Origin: a virus
Taxonomy: Duplodnaviria > Caudoviricetes
Virus record (IMG/VR): IMGVR_UViG_3300025154_000056
Coordinates: 1-64,000 of that record
Direction: 5' to 3' (one strand)
Length of the DNA stretch: 64,000 nt
The notes beneath the pieces are model-generated. The model worked only from the letters and a program-made list of their open reading frames with translations, did no database searches and was not told the origin of the DNA. This document shows positions 1 to 7,623 of this stretch, in pieces. Within the stretch, counting starts at the first letter, position 1. Each line of letters begins with the position of its first letter. A program made the position numbers and the translations under genes.

Positions 1-100
1 CGGCTACGGCGACGGCTACGGCTACGGCTACGGCTACGGCTACGGCTACGGCAACGGCGACGGCTACGGCTACGGCACAGTTACACTGAACCACAAATAG
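1..100 (+). CDS. 3' end of a Gly-Tyr/Gly-Asp repeat protein (partial)
   Basis: Frame from nt 2 reads GYGDGYGYGYGYGYGYGNGDGYGYGTVTLNHK* with TAG at 98-100; hexamer GGCTAC tandem repeat. Confidence 0.75.
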   Translation, partial: GYGDGYGYGYGYGYGYGNGDGYGYGTVTLNHK

Positions 101-111
101 GAGGCCGACAA

Positions 112-492
112 ATGGCAGGATACAACAAAGAACTGGACATTGAACACGCCGAATTCACCACCAAGGTAAGTGACAACATCACGGTAATTGCGGCGGTTCG
201 CCAATACTCAGGTGGCCCTATGAAGATCCAGTTTGGTCACATCCTGGGTACGTGGCGCAAGAACGGTTTGCCGAGATTGGAAGCGGCAGACCTCATGAAG
301 GTGGCCGATGACTGCATGGCAAAGGCATTGACTTTCGTCAACTCTCGCACGGAAGGCAAGCCCCAGTCCGTCGCCGAAACAAAGAAGGACATCGCGCCCA
401 CAGTGAATCGGAAGAAGGTCGCCAAGCCCACCAAGAAAATCACGCCGCAAGCACCGAAGAAGGGTGCACGGAAGACAGCAAGTGCCAACTGA
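112..492 (+). CDS. hypothetical early protein, possible PC4/YdbC-like N-terminal domain with Lys-rich tail
   Basis: GGAGG RBS; beta-rich N-terminus (VRQYSGGPMKIQF...LPRL) and basic low-complexity C-terminus; fold guess is weak. Confidence 0.55.
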   Translation: MAGYNKELDIEHAEFTTKVSDNITVIAAVRQYSGGPMKIQFGHILGTWRKNGLPRLEAADLMKVADDCMAKALTFVNSRTEGKPQSVAETKKDIAPTVNRKKVAKPTKKITPQAPKKGARKTASAN

Positions 493-733
493 CGTACCTA
501 CCCGACCGATTGCGGAGAAGGTAGCTGACATCCTTCGGGGTGCCGGTTATCTTCCCACGATCTGGGAAAAGGGAGGCTTCACCAGAGTCTACGTGGAACG
601 GCAGATGCCGAATTACCGTGACGCGTTAGGCTACATTACAATTAGCGTGAATGGCGCAATGTCATTCCGAGACATCTCTGAGTCGTATGCCGAGATTCGA
701 AACTTGGTCATCGACAAATACGCCCCTCCCTGA
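464..733 (+). CDS. hypothetical early protein
   Basis: ORF tiles between neighbours; IWEKGGFTRVYV motif typical of small phage proteins; start uncertain. Confidence 0.6.
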   Translation: MHGRQQVPTDVPTRPIAEKVADILRGAGYLPTIWEKGGFTRVYVERQMPNYRDALGYITISVNGAMSFRDISESYAEIRNLVIDKYAPP

Positions 734-796
734 TTGACACCGCATATATTAGACTTACCTTCATTGTGTCAACGCACAACAACGGAGGAACACACC
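734..796 (+). promoter_or_regulatory. early promoter/leader cassette 1
   Basis: TTGACA 734-739, 16 nt spacer, TACCTT; leader CACAACAACGGAGGAACACACC-ATG(797). Confidence 0.8.
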
Positions 797-1333
797 ATGA
801 GTTTGTTGAACGTAGAAGCAGCGTACAATTGGGACAACATCGTCAAGTTGGTCAAGGACGCCGACGTGTTCGAGTCTGAAGACGGCGATGTGGAGTACCA
901 ACGGATCTATCTCGGGAGCATCTTCACGGAGACGCCGAGCGGCAAAATGTACACCCCGTTTGCCAACAGCAACGTGGACGTGTGCCCGCAATGCAAGGGA
1001 GACGGGCATGTCAACAGGCTACGCCTACGCACCATGAAGAAGAGAGAAAGCCGATTCTTGAAGCACCGGGCTCTAGTGGTCAAGCGTGGTGGGTGGAGTA
1101 AGCTTTCCACTCGCCAACAGGCGTATATCAAGCGCACGTATCCCCTTCATTACAACACGCATCCAACATGCCCGCTTTGCCACGGTGTGGGTAGCCGAGA
1201 GGCGTACGAAGACGAGGTGTTCCACGAGCAGCTTGAAGAGGCTGCCGAGAAGCGTGGCTTGTTCGTCGAGTACGGAGACGGAGACATCTTCATCTGCCGT
1301 ACGGTTGATGAGACGGAAGAGGAGGTGCTGTGA
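797..1333 (+). CDS. hypothetical protein with two CxxCxGxG (DnaJ-type) zinc motifs
   Basis: CPQCKGDG and CPLCHGVG; ATG follows the leader cassette. Confidence 0.75.
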   Translation: MSLLNVEAAYNWDNIVKLVKDADVFESEDGDVEYQRIYLGSIFTETPSGKMYTPFANSNVDVCPQCKGDGHVNRLRLRTMKKRESRFLKHRALVVKRGGWSKLSTRQQAYIKRTYPLHYNTHPTCPLCHGVGSREAYEDEVFHEQLEEAAEKRGLFVEYGDGDIFICRTVDETEEEVL

Positions 1334-1839
1334 TGGATCAACGAGTCGCCAAAGAGTACCTGCGTCTTCGTGCTTTGGGCTTGGATGCTAGCGGGGCGTA
1401 TAGGGGTGCCAAGACCAACGTTGCCTTCGAAGAGGCTACCGTCATCGGTAAGGTTCGCCTACGTGTTGAGGTGGATGCTGACCCCAGTACAGCTTACTGG
1501 ACGAAGGAAGACTTCGAACTAGCCGATAAGGAAGGTACGTGGGGGATCATAACGGAATTCAGATGCCCGTTATGCGGCAACTGGGAGCACGCCTACTCAT
1601 GCTACGGATTCATCGGTGATAGTTGGGTAGACTCCATGTATGACGTAGACGCTCGCCGTGATGCGATAGATAAGCTGCTTGAATTCGAGCACAGAATCAT
1701 CCGAGAGCTATCCACGGAGCTAGCCCGCCGGGAGAACGCACTGGTACCTGATGACAGCTTGATCTACGGGCTGAAGGTGGCGATTCAGATCGCCAAGAGA
1801 TGCAGCACAGAGAAGCTACTTGACACTCCGTCAGAATAG
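1330..1839 (+). CDS. hypothetical early protein (CPLC zinc ribbon)
   Basis: GGAGG RBS, overlaps upstream stop. Confidence 0.7.
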   Translation: MMDQRVAKEYLRLRALGLDASGAYRGAKTNVAFEEATVIGKVRLRVEVDADPSTAYWTKEDFELADKEGTWGIITEFRCPLCGNWEHAYSCYGFIGDSWVDSMYDVDARRDAIDKLLEFEHRIIRELSTELARRENALVPDDSLIYGLKVAIQIAKRCSTEKLLDTPSE

Positions 1840-1875
1840 ACTTAGCTTCTATTCACACGAACGGAGGAACACACC
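1820..1875 (+). promoter_or_regulatory. early promoter/leader cassette 2
   Basis: TTGACA 1820-1825, 17 nt, TAGCTT; leader AACGGAGGAACACACC-ATG(1876). Confidence 0.8.
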
Positions 1876-2478
1876 ATGTATCAACACCGCATGCCGAAAA
1901 CCAGCAAATATCGCAAGCCCATCTACTTGCCCAACGCGACCAAGTTAGGGTACGCCAAGCACAGCGCCTCGGTCGGAGACGTGGTTTTCTTCGACGACTA
2001 CGCTGTCCCACAAGTAGGCCGGGTGTTTGGCTATGCCACCCAGACTGGGGGCGGCGCACCGGTCAAGCCGCGTACACAGCTAGTGTGCCTAGTGCTTGGT
2101 AGCAACATGTCCCTCTGTTATTGGCGCTTCGTTGGCGTCAACAAGGTGACGGAGTGTAGGTCGCCTGATGAGGACGGCGGTGCTTTCATCCGTTGGTTCT
2201 TCTCTGCTAAGATGACCAACGAGAAGCAGATCGCAGCTGCCGAACACTACGGCGCCTTGAGCGACAGAGCAATTGCCAAGTACCTGGACAAGCATGGTGA
2301 GTTGCGAGACGATTGGAAGCTGGTCGCCGACGTCAACCACCACAGGGTGATGGCGAAGAAGAACCATTGCCCGACATGTAATAGCCGAAACACATATTGC
2401 TACGACCCGAAGAACGGGTTTGCCGAGTGCCATGACTGCGGTAGATTCTACGATGACGAATACCGAGAGGAGAACTAG
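1876..2478 (+). CDS. hypothetical protein with C-terminal zinc ribbon
   Basis: CPTC...CHDC; follows leader cassette. Confidence 0.75.
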   Translation: MYQHRMPKTSKYRKPIYLPNATKLGYAKHSASVGDVVFFDDYAVPQVGRVFGYATQTGGGAPVKPRTQLVCLVLGSNMSLCYWRFVGVNKVTECRSPDEDGGAFIRWFFSAKMTNEKQIAAAEHYGALSDRAIAKYLDKHGELRDDWKLVADVNHHRVMAKKNHCPTCNSRNTYCYDPKNGFAECHDCGRFYDDEYREEN

Positions 2479-2479
2479 C

Positions 2480-2857
2480 ATGCCAAAGATACCAACCACA
2501 ACCAAGGAATTCGTCGGGTGGAAAATCACAGAGGAGACGCTTGCCAAGCACAATTTCCCGCTGCAACAACTGTACGCGTACTTGCGTCGGCCTAACAAGC
2601 CATTTAGAACCATCTATTGCTTGGCAGCAGCGTCCAGCAAAAACGGTGGCACCACATGGTTTAGGTTGTTCGTGGCAGAGGCCGACAACGACTTGGTCGA
2701 GGTCACCAAGGAATGCGCCAAGTTGTTCGGTATGGTTGAATTCAGCTACGGTCACTATGGGATTGCCGTAGGCGGGTGGGGCTCCCGTCGTTCCATGGTC
2801 ATTCAAGACAAGCTGCGCAATGCTTTGGGCGCCGACACTCCATTCGAAGACATGTGA
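2480..2857 (+). CDS. hypothetical early protein
   Basis: GAGGAG RBS before ATG 2480. Confidence 0.7.
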   Translation: MPKIPTTTKEFVGWKITEETLAKHNFPLQQLYAYLRRPNKPFRTIYCLAAASSKNGGTTWFRLFVAEADNDLVEVTKECAKLFGMVEFSYGHYGIAVGGWGSRRSMVIQDKLRNALGADTPFEDM

Positions 2858-2866
2858 AGTCTCCTC

Positions 2867-2925
2867 TTGACACTCTAGTCAATTAGACTTACCTTCATTC
2901 TACACAACGAATGGAGAACACACCG
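2867..2925 (+). promoter_or_regulatory. early promoter/leader cassette 3
   Basis: TTGACA 2867-2872, 17 nt, TACCTT; shares 18 nt ATTAGACTTACCTTCATT with cassette 1. Confidence 0.8.
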
Positions 2926-3255
2926 ATGCAAGACTTCCAATTCATTTCAGTTCACGTTGACCATGTTGGCCTGAAGATCATCGCGGCGGGACCGTGGGTC
3001 GGTCGGGATGGTAGCTGGGAGCGCCGAGTCGTGCTGCGCTTCTACGGCAACGAGTACGTCGTCCACACACAGAGCGCCGTAAACGGGTGTCACGATGGTT
3101 TTGATAGCGGGAACTACTTCTCGCTTCGCCACCATGACTCGCCGGAGAAGGCTGCGTTTGCTGCTCTGGACGCGTTCGCCGAGGCTGTGAAGAGCCTTGG
3201 AATCAGTCACATTGCTACGGTCACCAAGATCGCCAAGGAGCTGAACAATGGGTAG
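2926..3255 (+). CDS. hypothetical early protein
   Basis: GGAGAACACACCG-ATG leader. Confidence 0.7.
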   Translation: MQDFQFISVHVDHVGLKIIAAGPWVGRDGSWERRVVLRFYGNEYVVHTQSAVNGCHDGFDSGNYFSLRHHDSPEKAAFAALDAFAEAVKSLGISHIATVTKIAKELNNG

Positions 3256-3766
3256 CGTAACAGAGACGAGAATCTTTTATTACAACGCGGATCTGATCTG
3301 CGACAAGTGCGCCGAGCTAGTCAAGCAAGAGCTTCTGGAGGAGTACGGCGAGCAGTGGTGCGCCGAGGCTGAGGAGATAGGCGACAGCGAAGGTTGGCCT
3401 ATCGAGTTCTTCGGTGAGAATCTCACTGAATCACCTAACCATTGCGGTGGCCGTGAGACATGCCCGGAGCGTATTGAATGCTTGGACATATTCGACAGAC
3501 CATTCTACGTAGGCCAAGTGTTGCCTGGCGTACTTACGGCTGAGGGAGAAGCAGAATTGATTCGCCGTTACAAGAATGGCGTAATCAACGGTGAGGAATC
3601 GGACATCGAGTTAGGGCCATGCGAGGCGTGCAACACGCTTGCCGAACTGCAGGCTGATGCATACAACGTGAGCTTGCCGGAAGACTGTGTTGAGTGTGGC
3701 GGTTGTCACATGTATGGAGAGTGTCCTCTCGATGATGAGGACGCCGAAGAGAGCGAGGACGACTAA
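3248..3766 (+). CDS. acidic Cys-rich hypothetical protein
   Basis: AAGGAG RBS; CDKC, CEAC, CVEC motifs; acidic tail. Confidence 0.7.
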   Translation: MGSVTETRIFYYNADLICDKCAELVKQELLEEYGEQWCAEAEEIGDSEGWPIEFFGENLTESPNHCGGRETCPERIECLDIFDRPFYVGQVLPGVLTAEGEAELIRRYKNGVINGEESDIELGPCEACNTLAELQADAYNVSLPEDCVECGGCHMYGECPLDDEDAEESEDD

Positions 3767-4078
3767 ATGGCCAAGTACAATAAAGACGGCGAGCCTGTCT
3801 GGATTCGCTGCTACGACAACGATGGCAAGACTGCCGACAGGTACACGGTCGTGTTCACTCGCAAGCGTACTTGTGGGCAGTTTATGTTCCTCGGAATGAG
3901 TGAGTGGCCTACGCACCCACAAGGATTTGGACAGCACGACTACAGCGACGACCAGATCGATAGGCCAAAGTACGGCCACCTGGGTCGCAAAATCAAGTTC
4001 TCTGACTTGCCAAAAGAGTGCAGAGACTTGGTGATGCAGGACTACGCTTTGCTGTGGGGTAAACCGCCGAAGGACTAA
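3767..4078 (+). CDS. conserved phage hypothetical protein
   Basis: YDNDGKTADRYTVVF...HPQGFGQH...LGRKIKFSDLP pattern recognised from small phage proteins of unknown function. Confidence 0.75.
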   Translation: MAKYNKDGEPVWIRCYDNDGKTADRYTVVFTRKRTCGQFMFLGMSEWPTHPQGFGQHDYSDDQIDRPKYGHLGRKIKFSDLPKECRDLVMQDYALLWGKPPKD

Positions 4079-4081
4079 GCC

Positions 4082-4276
4082 ATGCGTTACCATCGAAGCC
4101 AGATCCAGATCGTGGCGGATAGGAAAGCAGAATTCAAGCTGCTTTCCATTCGCCTAAATGATGACTTGGGGGCATTGTATCAAGCGCAGCTACGGGTAAA
4201 ACAACTAGTTGCAATTGCCAAAGTCACGGCGCGGATGATTCGTTTCAGAGACACTGGCCGATTTCCAGGGTTCTAA
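4082..4276 (+). CDS. small hypothetical protein
   Basis: AAGGA RBS, tiles after upstream gene. Confidence 0.5.
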   Translation: MRYHRSQIQIVADRKAEFKLLSIRLNDDLGALYQAQLRVKQLVAIAKVTARMIRFRDTGRFPGF

Positions 4277-4314
4277 CAAGGGGGAGGGTAACATGCCGAA
4301 AGTTGATCTCAGTG

Positions 4315-4376
4315 TTGACAATAAAAACAGCGGTATTACATTCTAACACACAGCAACCAACACACCGGAGGATACA
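4315..4376 (+). promoter_or_regulatory. early promoter/leader cassette 4
   Basis: TTGACA 4315-4320, 16 nt, TACATT; CA-rich leader ending CACCGGAGGATACA-ATG(4377). Confidence 0.75.
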
Positions 4377-5090
4377 ATGCGTGCCAATGTGAAGAAGACG
4401 ATTCAAGCTTTCTGTAGGTCGGAACGCTACATCGGTGGGACTAACAAGGATGGCCGTCCCACCGTTTGGACCGACGGCGACACCATATTCAGTTACGCCA
4501 TGCCGATCGCAACCACCATCCGTGGTTGTGGTGCTGTGTTGCTGGTGAATTGGGATGATGCGCCGACGCAAACAACGAAGCAGCATTTGTCCGGTGTCAA
4601 TCAGGAGTTCCATAGGGCGCCGTCCGTGTGTCTCGATGACCTCAAGGACTACATGAACCATCAGGACGCCGAAGTGCGTCGCTGCATGCATTGTGAGTGC
4701 CGGTTCTTCGTGACTGGTCCTGACTCGGACACATGGCTCTGTGACCACTGCAACGTGCCGGGTGTCAGGGAGGCAAAGCGTGTTGGTGATGCAATCGACA
4801 TCAGGCACGCCGCATTGCCTCCGATTTGTGAACACTGTCGTCAGGATCTCAGCCCTAGCAGGGACTACAAGAAGGGCGTGCCGAAGTTCGAGATCCCAGG
4901 CACTGGTACGGTGTGCTACCATTGCAACAAGGCGCATGAAGAGCACGCCGATCCGGCGTACGGTCGGTCCTACTTCGCCATGCGTGTGCCGACGTTTGAC
5001 CTCGAAGGCGTTCGCGTCTTGGAGACCTTCGAGCCTGCCGAGGAAGAGGAGATGCTGGTGCTCTCGAAAGTCATTTCGGAATTCTCATGA
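4377..5090 (+). CDS. hypothetical protein with multiple CxxC motifs
   Basis: CMHC, CDHC, CEHC, CYHC. Confidence 0.75.
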   Translation: MRANVKKTIQAFCRSERYIGGTNKDGRPTVWTDGDTIFSYAMPIATTIRGCGAVLLVNWDDAPTQTTKQHLSGVNQEFHRAPSVCLDDLKDYMNHQDAEVRRCMHCECRFFVTGPDSDTWLCDHCNVPGVREAKRVGDAIDIRHAALPPICEHCRQDLSPSRDYKKGVPKFEIPGTGTVCYHCNKAHEEHADPAYGRSYFAMRVPTFDLEGVRVLETFEPAEEEEMLVLSKVISEFS

Positions 5091-5111
5091 GCCGGTTGTT
5101 TACTCTCTGAA

Positions 5112-5196
5112 TGTATCTCCGTTGTCTCTCCGTTGTGTTGTGTGCCGAGGCCAGGTGGCTGTGTAGGGGTGGTGCCCTGCATGGTCGCCTGGCCTC
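5112..5196 (+). other. structured intergenic element: antisense copy of early leader plus long hairpin
   Basis: 5112-5145 is the reverse complement of GCACACAACACAACGGAGAGACAACGGAGATACA; 5147-5196 forms a long stem (GAGGCCAGG/CCTGGCCTC plus inner pairing). Confidence 0.65.
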
Positions 5197-5212
5197 ACCT
5201 ATTTGTGAGGTG

Positions 5213-5279
5213 TTGACAATAGAAAAGGTGTGATTAGATTGACCTTACACAGCAGCACAACACACCACGGAGACGGCCA
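5213..5279 (+). promoter_or_regulatory. early promoter/leader cassette 5
   Basis: TTGACA 5213-5218, 16 nt, TAGATT; leader CACAACACACCACGGAGAC. Confidence 0.75.
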
Positions 5280-5696
5280 ATGAAAACCACCAAATACTTT
5301 GAGCGACGCACGTTTGACTTTGAGAAGGAGAAGTTTCAGGACGCCGGTAAGTACCAGTCTTGGAATGCGTGTCGGCGTTACGACATGTCCCGCACCACGA
5401 CCTTTGAGATCATCGGCCTGTATCACCTGAGCGTGGATGATTACGGGGAATCGAGCACACAGCGCGTGTTCTTCCTAGCTGCCGATTTGGCGTGGCTTGC
5501 TAAGGTCACAAATAGAGGCGCCGAAATGCGGAACAGTGACTTGGATCCAGCCCTTGAAGTTGCCGAACGAATCACAGGCTGGTATGCATTTGATAGTGGG
5601 CCGGGACAAGCGTTCTCTCGTGGTCCGTGGGCGCGCTATGTTGGCAAATCGAAGAAATGGGTTTGCGTCAGCCAATACGGAGGTCTCGATGTCTGA
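5280..5696 (+). CDS. hypothetical early protein
   Basis: follows leader cassette. Confidence 0.7.
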   Translation: MKTTKYFERRTFDFEKEKFQDAGKYQSWNACRRYDMSRTTTFEIIGLYHLSVDDYGESSTQRVFFLAADLAWLAKVTNRGAEMRNSDLDPALEVAERITGWYAFDSGPGQAFSRGPWARYVGKSKKWVCVSQYGGLDV

Positions 5697-6090
5697 CACT
5701 AGGAAGCATCTATTCGACACAGGGGACGCCGACTCTCTGACCTACGGTGGCGGTCGCGTGTTCGACAATGACGGCACCATTCAATGGGAGTTTTGGGACG
5801 AACCTACGGACGCCGACGGCTCGGAAATTGAGCCAGAAAACGCTACCTATACCGTGTATCGAGTTGACGTGCCGGATGATGTTTGCTGCTACCACGACTG
5901 GGCAAACTGGAGTGCCGTGTCTGCGTTCTCGGGATCGGACGTGTGGTTACTTGGTAGGTCCACAGACATGCGAGACCGTGTGAATTGCCTAGAATCTCTG
6001 ATCCTGTATTACAGCCCGGAGAATCTTGACCAGTACCCAATACAGCTTGCCTACAGTGAGATGCTGGAGCGATACCCAAGCCTTGTTTGA
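5689..6090 (+). CDS. acidic hypothetical early protein
   Basis: GGAGG RBS before ATG 5689, overlaps upstream stop. Confidence 0.7.
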   Translation: MSDTRKHLFDTGDADSLTYGGGRVFDNDGTIQWEFWDEPTDADGSEIEPENATYTVYRVDVPDDVCCYHDWANWSAVSAFSGSDVWLLGRSTDMRDRVNCLESLILYYSPENLDQYPIQLAYSEMLERYPSLV

Positions 6091-6154
6091 CATCGCCGAC
6101 TAGACAAGGCATGGTGCTTTGTCTAGGCCGCAAACACAACGAAGGAGAAAAGAA
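6087..6154 (+). promoter_or_regulatory. early promoter/leader cassette 6 (degenerate -10 within an inverted repeat)
   Basis: TTGACA 6087-6092, 17 nt, CATGGT flanked by TAGACAAGGC/GCTTTGTCTA; leader CACAACGAAGGAG. Confidence 0.55.
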
Positions 6155-6478
6155 ATGCCGAAGTCTGATTTCATCACGGTTCGTGGGCATGACACCTGCG
6201 GATACGCCGTCGACCAACAGATGCTGGACAGCAAGCTGATCGATCTGAAGTTCTATCGGCCGACTGGTAGTCGACGCATCGAGTTCAGTGCCGACACGGA
6301 CAGCAAGAGCGAGGAGGGAACCTTGTACCTGTCATGGCCCGCCGGACACGATACCGAAGCCGAGGTGATGGAGCGCGCGGGGGTGATGCTAGTGGCGCTC
6401 GCCAAGCACATGTGCGGCACCGAAGACCTCTGCATCGGTGGCCGTTCGGCAGAAGAGAACAAGACCGAAGCAGCTTGA
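6155..6478 (+). CDS. hypothetical early protein
   Basis: AAGGAG RBS. Confidence 0.7.
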   Translation: MPKSDFITVRGHDTCGYAVDQQMLDSKLIDLKFYRPTGSRRIEFSADTDSKSEEGTLYLSWPAGHDTEAEVMERAGVMLVALAKHMCGTEDLCIGGRSAEENKTEAA

Positions 6479-6521
6479 TCCCCGCACGGCCCCGCACCTA
6501 CGCGGTAGGCCAACCCTCCCC

Positions 6522-6582
6522 TTGACACAATTAGACTAGTGTTTACTGTATTGTTGCAGCACAACAACACGGAGAACACACC
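6522..6582 (+). promoter_or_regulatory. early promoter/leader cassette 7
   Basis: TTGACA 6522-6527, 16 nt, TACTGT; leader CACAACAACACGGAGAACACACC-ATG(6583). Confidence 0.8.
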
Positions 6583-6849
6583 ATGCACCCTGAACTCGCC
6601 AAGTCACTCATCCGACACCATTTGCGCATAGCCATCAGTTGTATTGCCGGGGAGGGACCGTTAGATGCCACCAAGAATATCGGCATTGCAATTGGCCTGA
6701 TGGCGAACGTTGCTGGTTCGAATAGGATCTACGGTCGCAGAATTGAGACTCTGAACAAGCTCACCTACGAGCAGTATAGGGCGATTCTCAAGGATGCGCG
6801 CAGATGGGACAAGGCTAGGAATGCCATCGAGCGCATCCAACAAAGCTAG
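6583..6849 (+). CDS. hypothetical early protein
   Basis: follows leader cassette. Confidence 0.7.
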   Translation: MHPELAKSLIRHHLRIAISCIAGEGPLDATKNIGIAIGLMANVAGSNRIYGRRIETLNKLTYEQYRAILKDARRWDKARNAIERIQQS

Positions 6850-6855
6850 CCGAAA

Positions 6856-6900
6856 GCTACGGTAGCACAATTGGTCAGTGCCCCCGGCTCATAACCGGGC
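6856..6900 (+). pseudogene. 5' half of a CAT-anticodon tRNA (Met/Ile2-like), truncated
   Basis: TA-GCAC-AATTGGTCA-GTGC D arm; CCCGG-CT-CAT-AA-CCGGG anticodon arm; no proper T arm or 3' acceptor strand follows. Confidence 0.6.
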
Positions 6901-6915
6901 GATTACTTCGCCACG

Positions 6916-7275
6916 ATGGCCGAAGCAACGGTTCAGTACCTCGATGATGATCCGAGATTTAGCAACGAACAGCGCACCAGCATCAAGTCGCCGTTTGTGA
7001 TGCTGGAAGGACCAGCACAGCCCAGCCCAGACAACCCGGACGGCTTCGTCTGCATGGTTCGTCGTATAGACAAAAGAACATGCTGTGCTTATTGTGGGGA
7101 TCGCCTTACCAATGGGGACCTTACGGTGTGTAGCAGGCATGCAACAGAGCCAGACCCGTGCCGAACTCGTGATGATGACTGGCGTAGGGAGCAAGCCATG
7201 CAGGCAGGCATGGCAGGGGGCTGCCAAGCGTACAACGAGGTCATGGGATATGACGAAGGAGGAGAACAACAATGA
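6916..7275 (+). CDS. hypothetical protein (CAYC motif)
   Basis: ORF tiles to next gene; start uncertain. Confidence 0.55.
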   Translation: MAEATVQYLDDDPRFSNEQRTSIKSPFVMLEGPAQPSPDNPDGFVCMVRRIDKRTCCAYCGDRLTNGDLTVCSRHATEPDPCRTRDDDWRREQAMQAGMAGGCQAYNEVMGYDEGGEQQ

Positions 7276-7529
7276 GCGCCTATGATTACGACGAAGACGA
7301 AGACGACTACGAAGACGAAGAAGATGCCGATGAGGACTACGAAGAAGATGGAAGTGATTTCAGGGACGATGATTTTTACGATCCTGGTGGCCGTTCAGCG
7401 TTGCGTGCCGGTGATCGGAAGCATCCTTGCCCGACGTGCAAGGAGCCCAATCGGCTAACGGCCGCCGATATCAGACACGGCTATCAGTGTGATGAATGCG
7501 CCGATCGCGCTGAGGGGTACGGATACTGA
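7272..7529 (+). CDS. small protein with acidic N-terminus and zinc ribbon
   Basis: 23 of first 37 residues are D/E; CPTC...CDEC; strong GGAGGAG RBS. Confidence 0.75.
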   Translation: MSAYDYDEDEDDYEDEEDADEDYEEDGSDFRDDDFYDPGGRSALRAGDRKHPCPTCKEPNRLTAADIRHGYQCDECADRAEGYGY

Positions 7530-7568
7530 AGCTTTGCCTATAACACACTCGCCGTGGTATGATTGATT

Positions 7569-7598
7569 GGTCGGGTAGCAATAGCTCCCGGCCTTTTT
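7569..7598 (+). terminator. intrinsic terminator, overlapping a TTGCCT-N18-TATGAT promoter (7534-7563)
   Basis: GGTCGGG...CCCGGCC stem followed by TTTTT. Confidence 0.65.
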
Positions 7599-7623
7599 CA
7601 CGTCTGCCAAACGGAGCGAAACC

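Noticed and set aside
1-76. GGCTAC tandem repeat as a regulatory or phase-variable element
   Set aside because: Explained by an in-frame Gly-Tyr/Asp coding repeat common in phage proteins.
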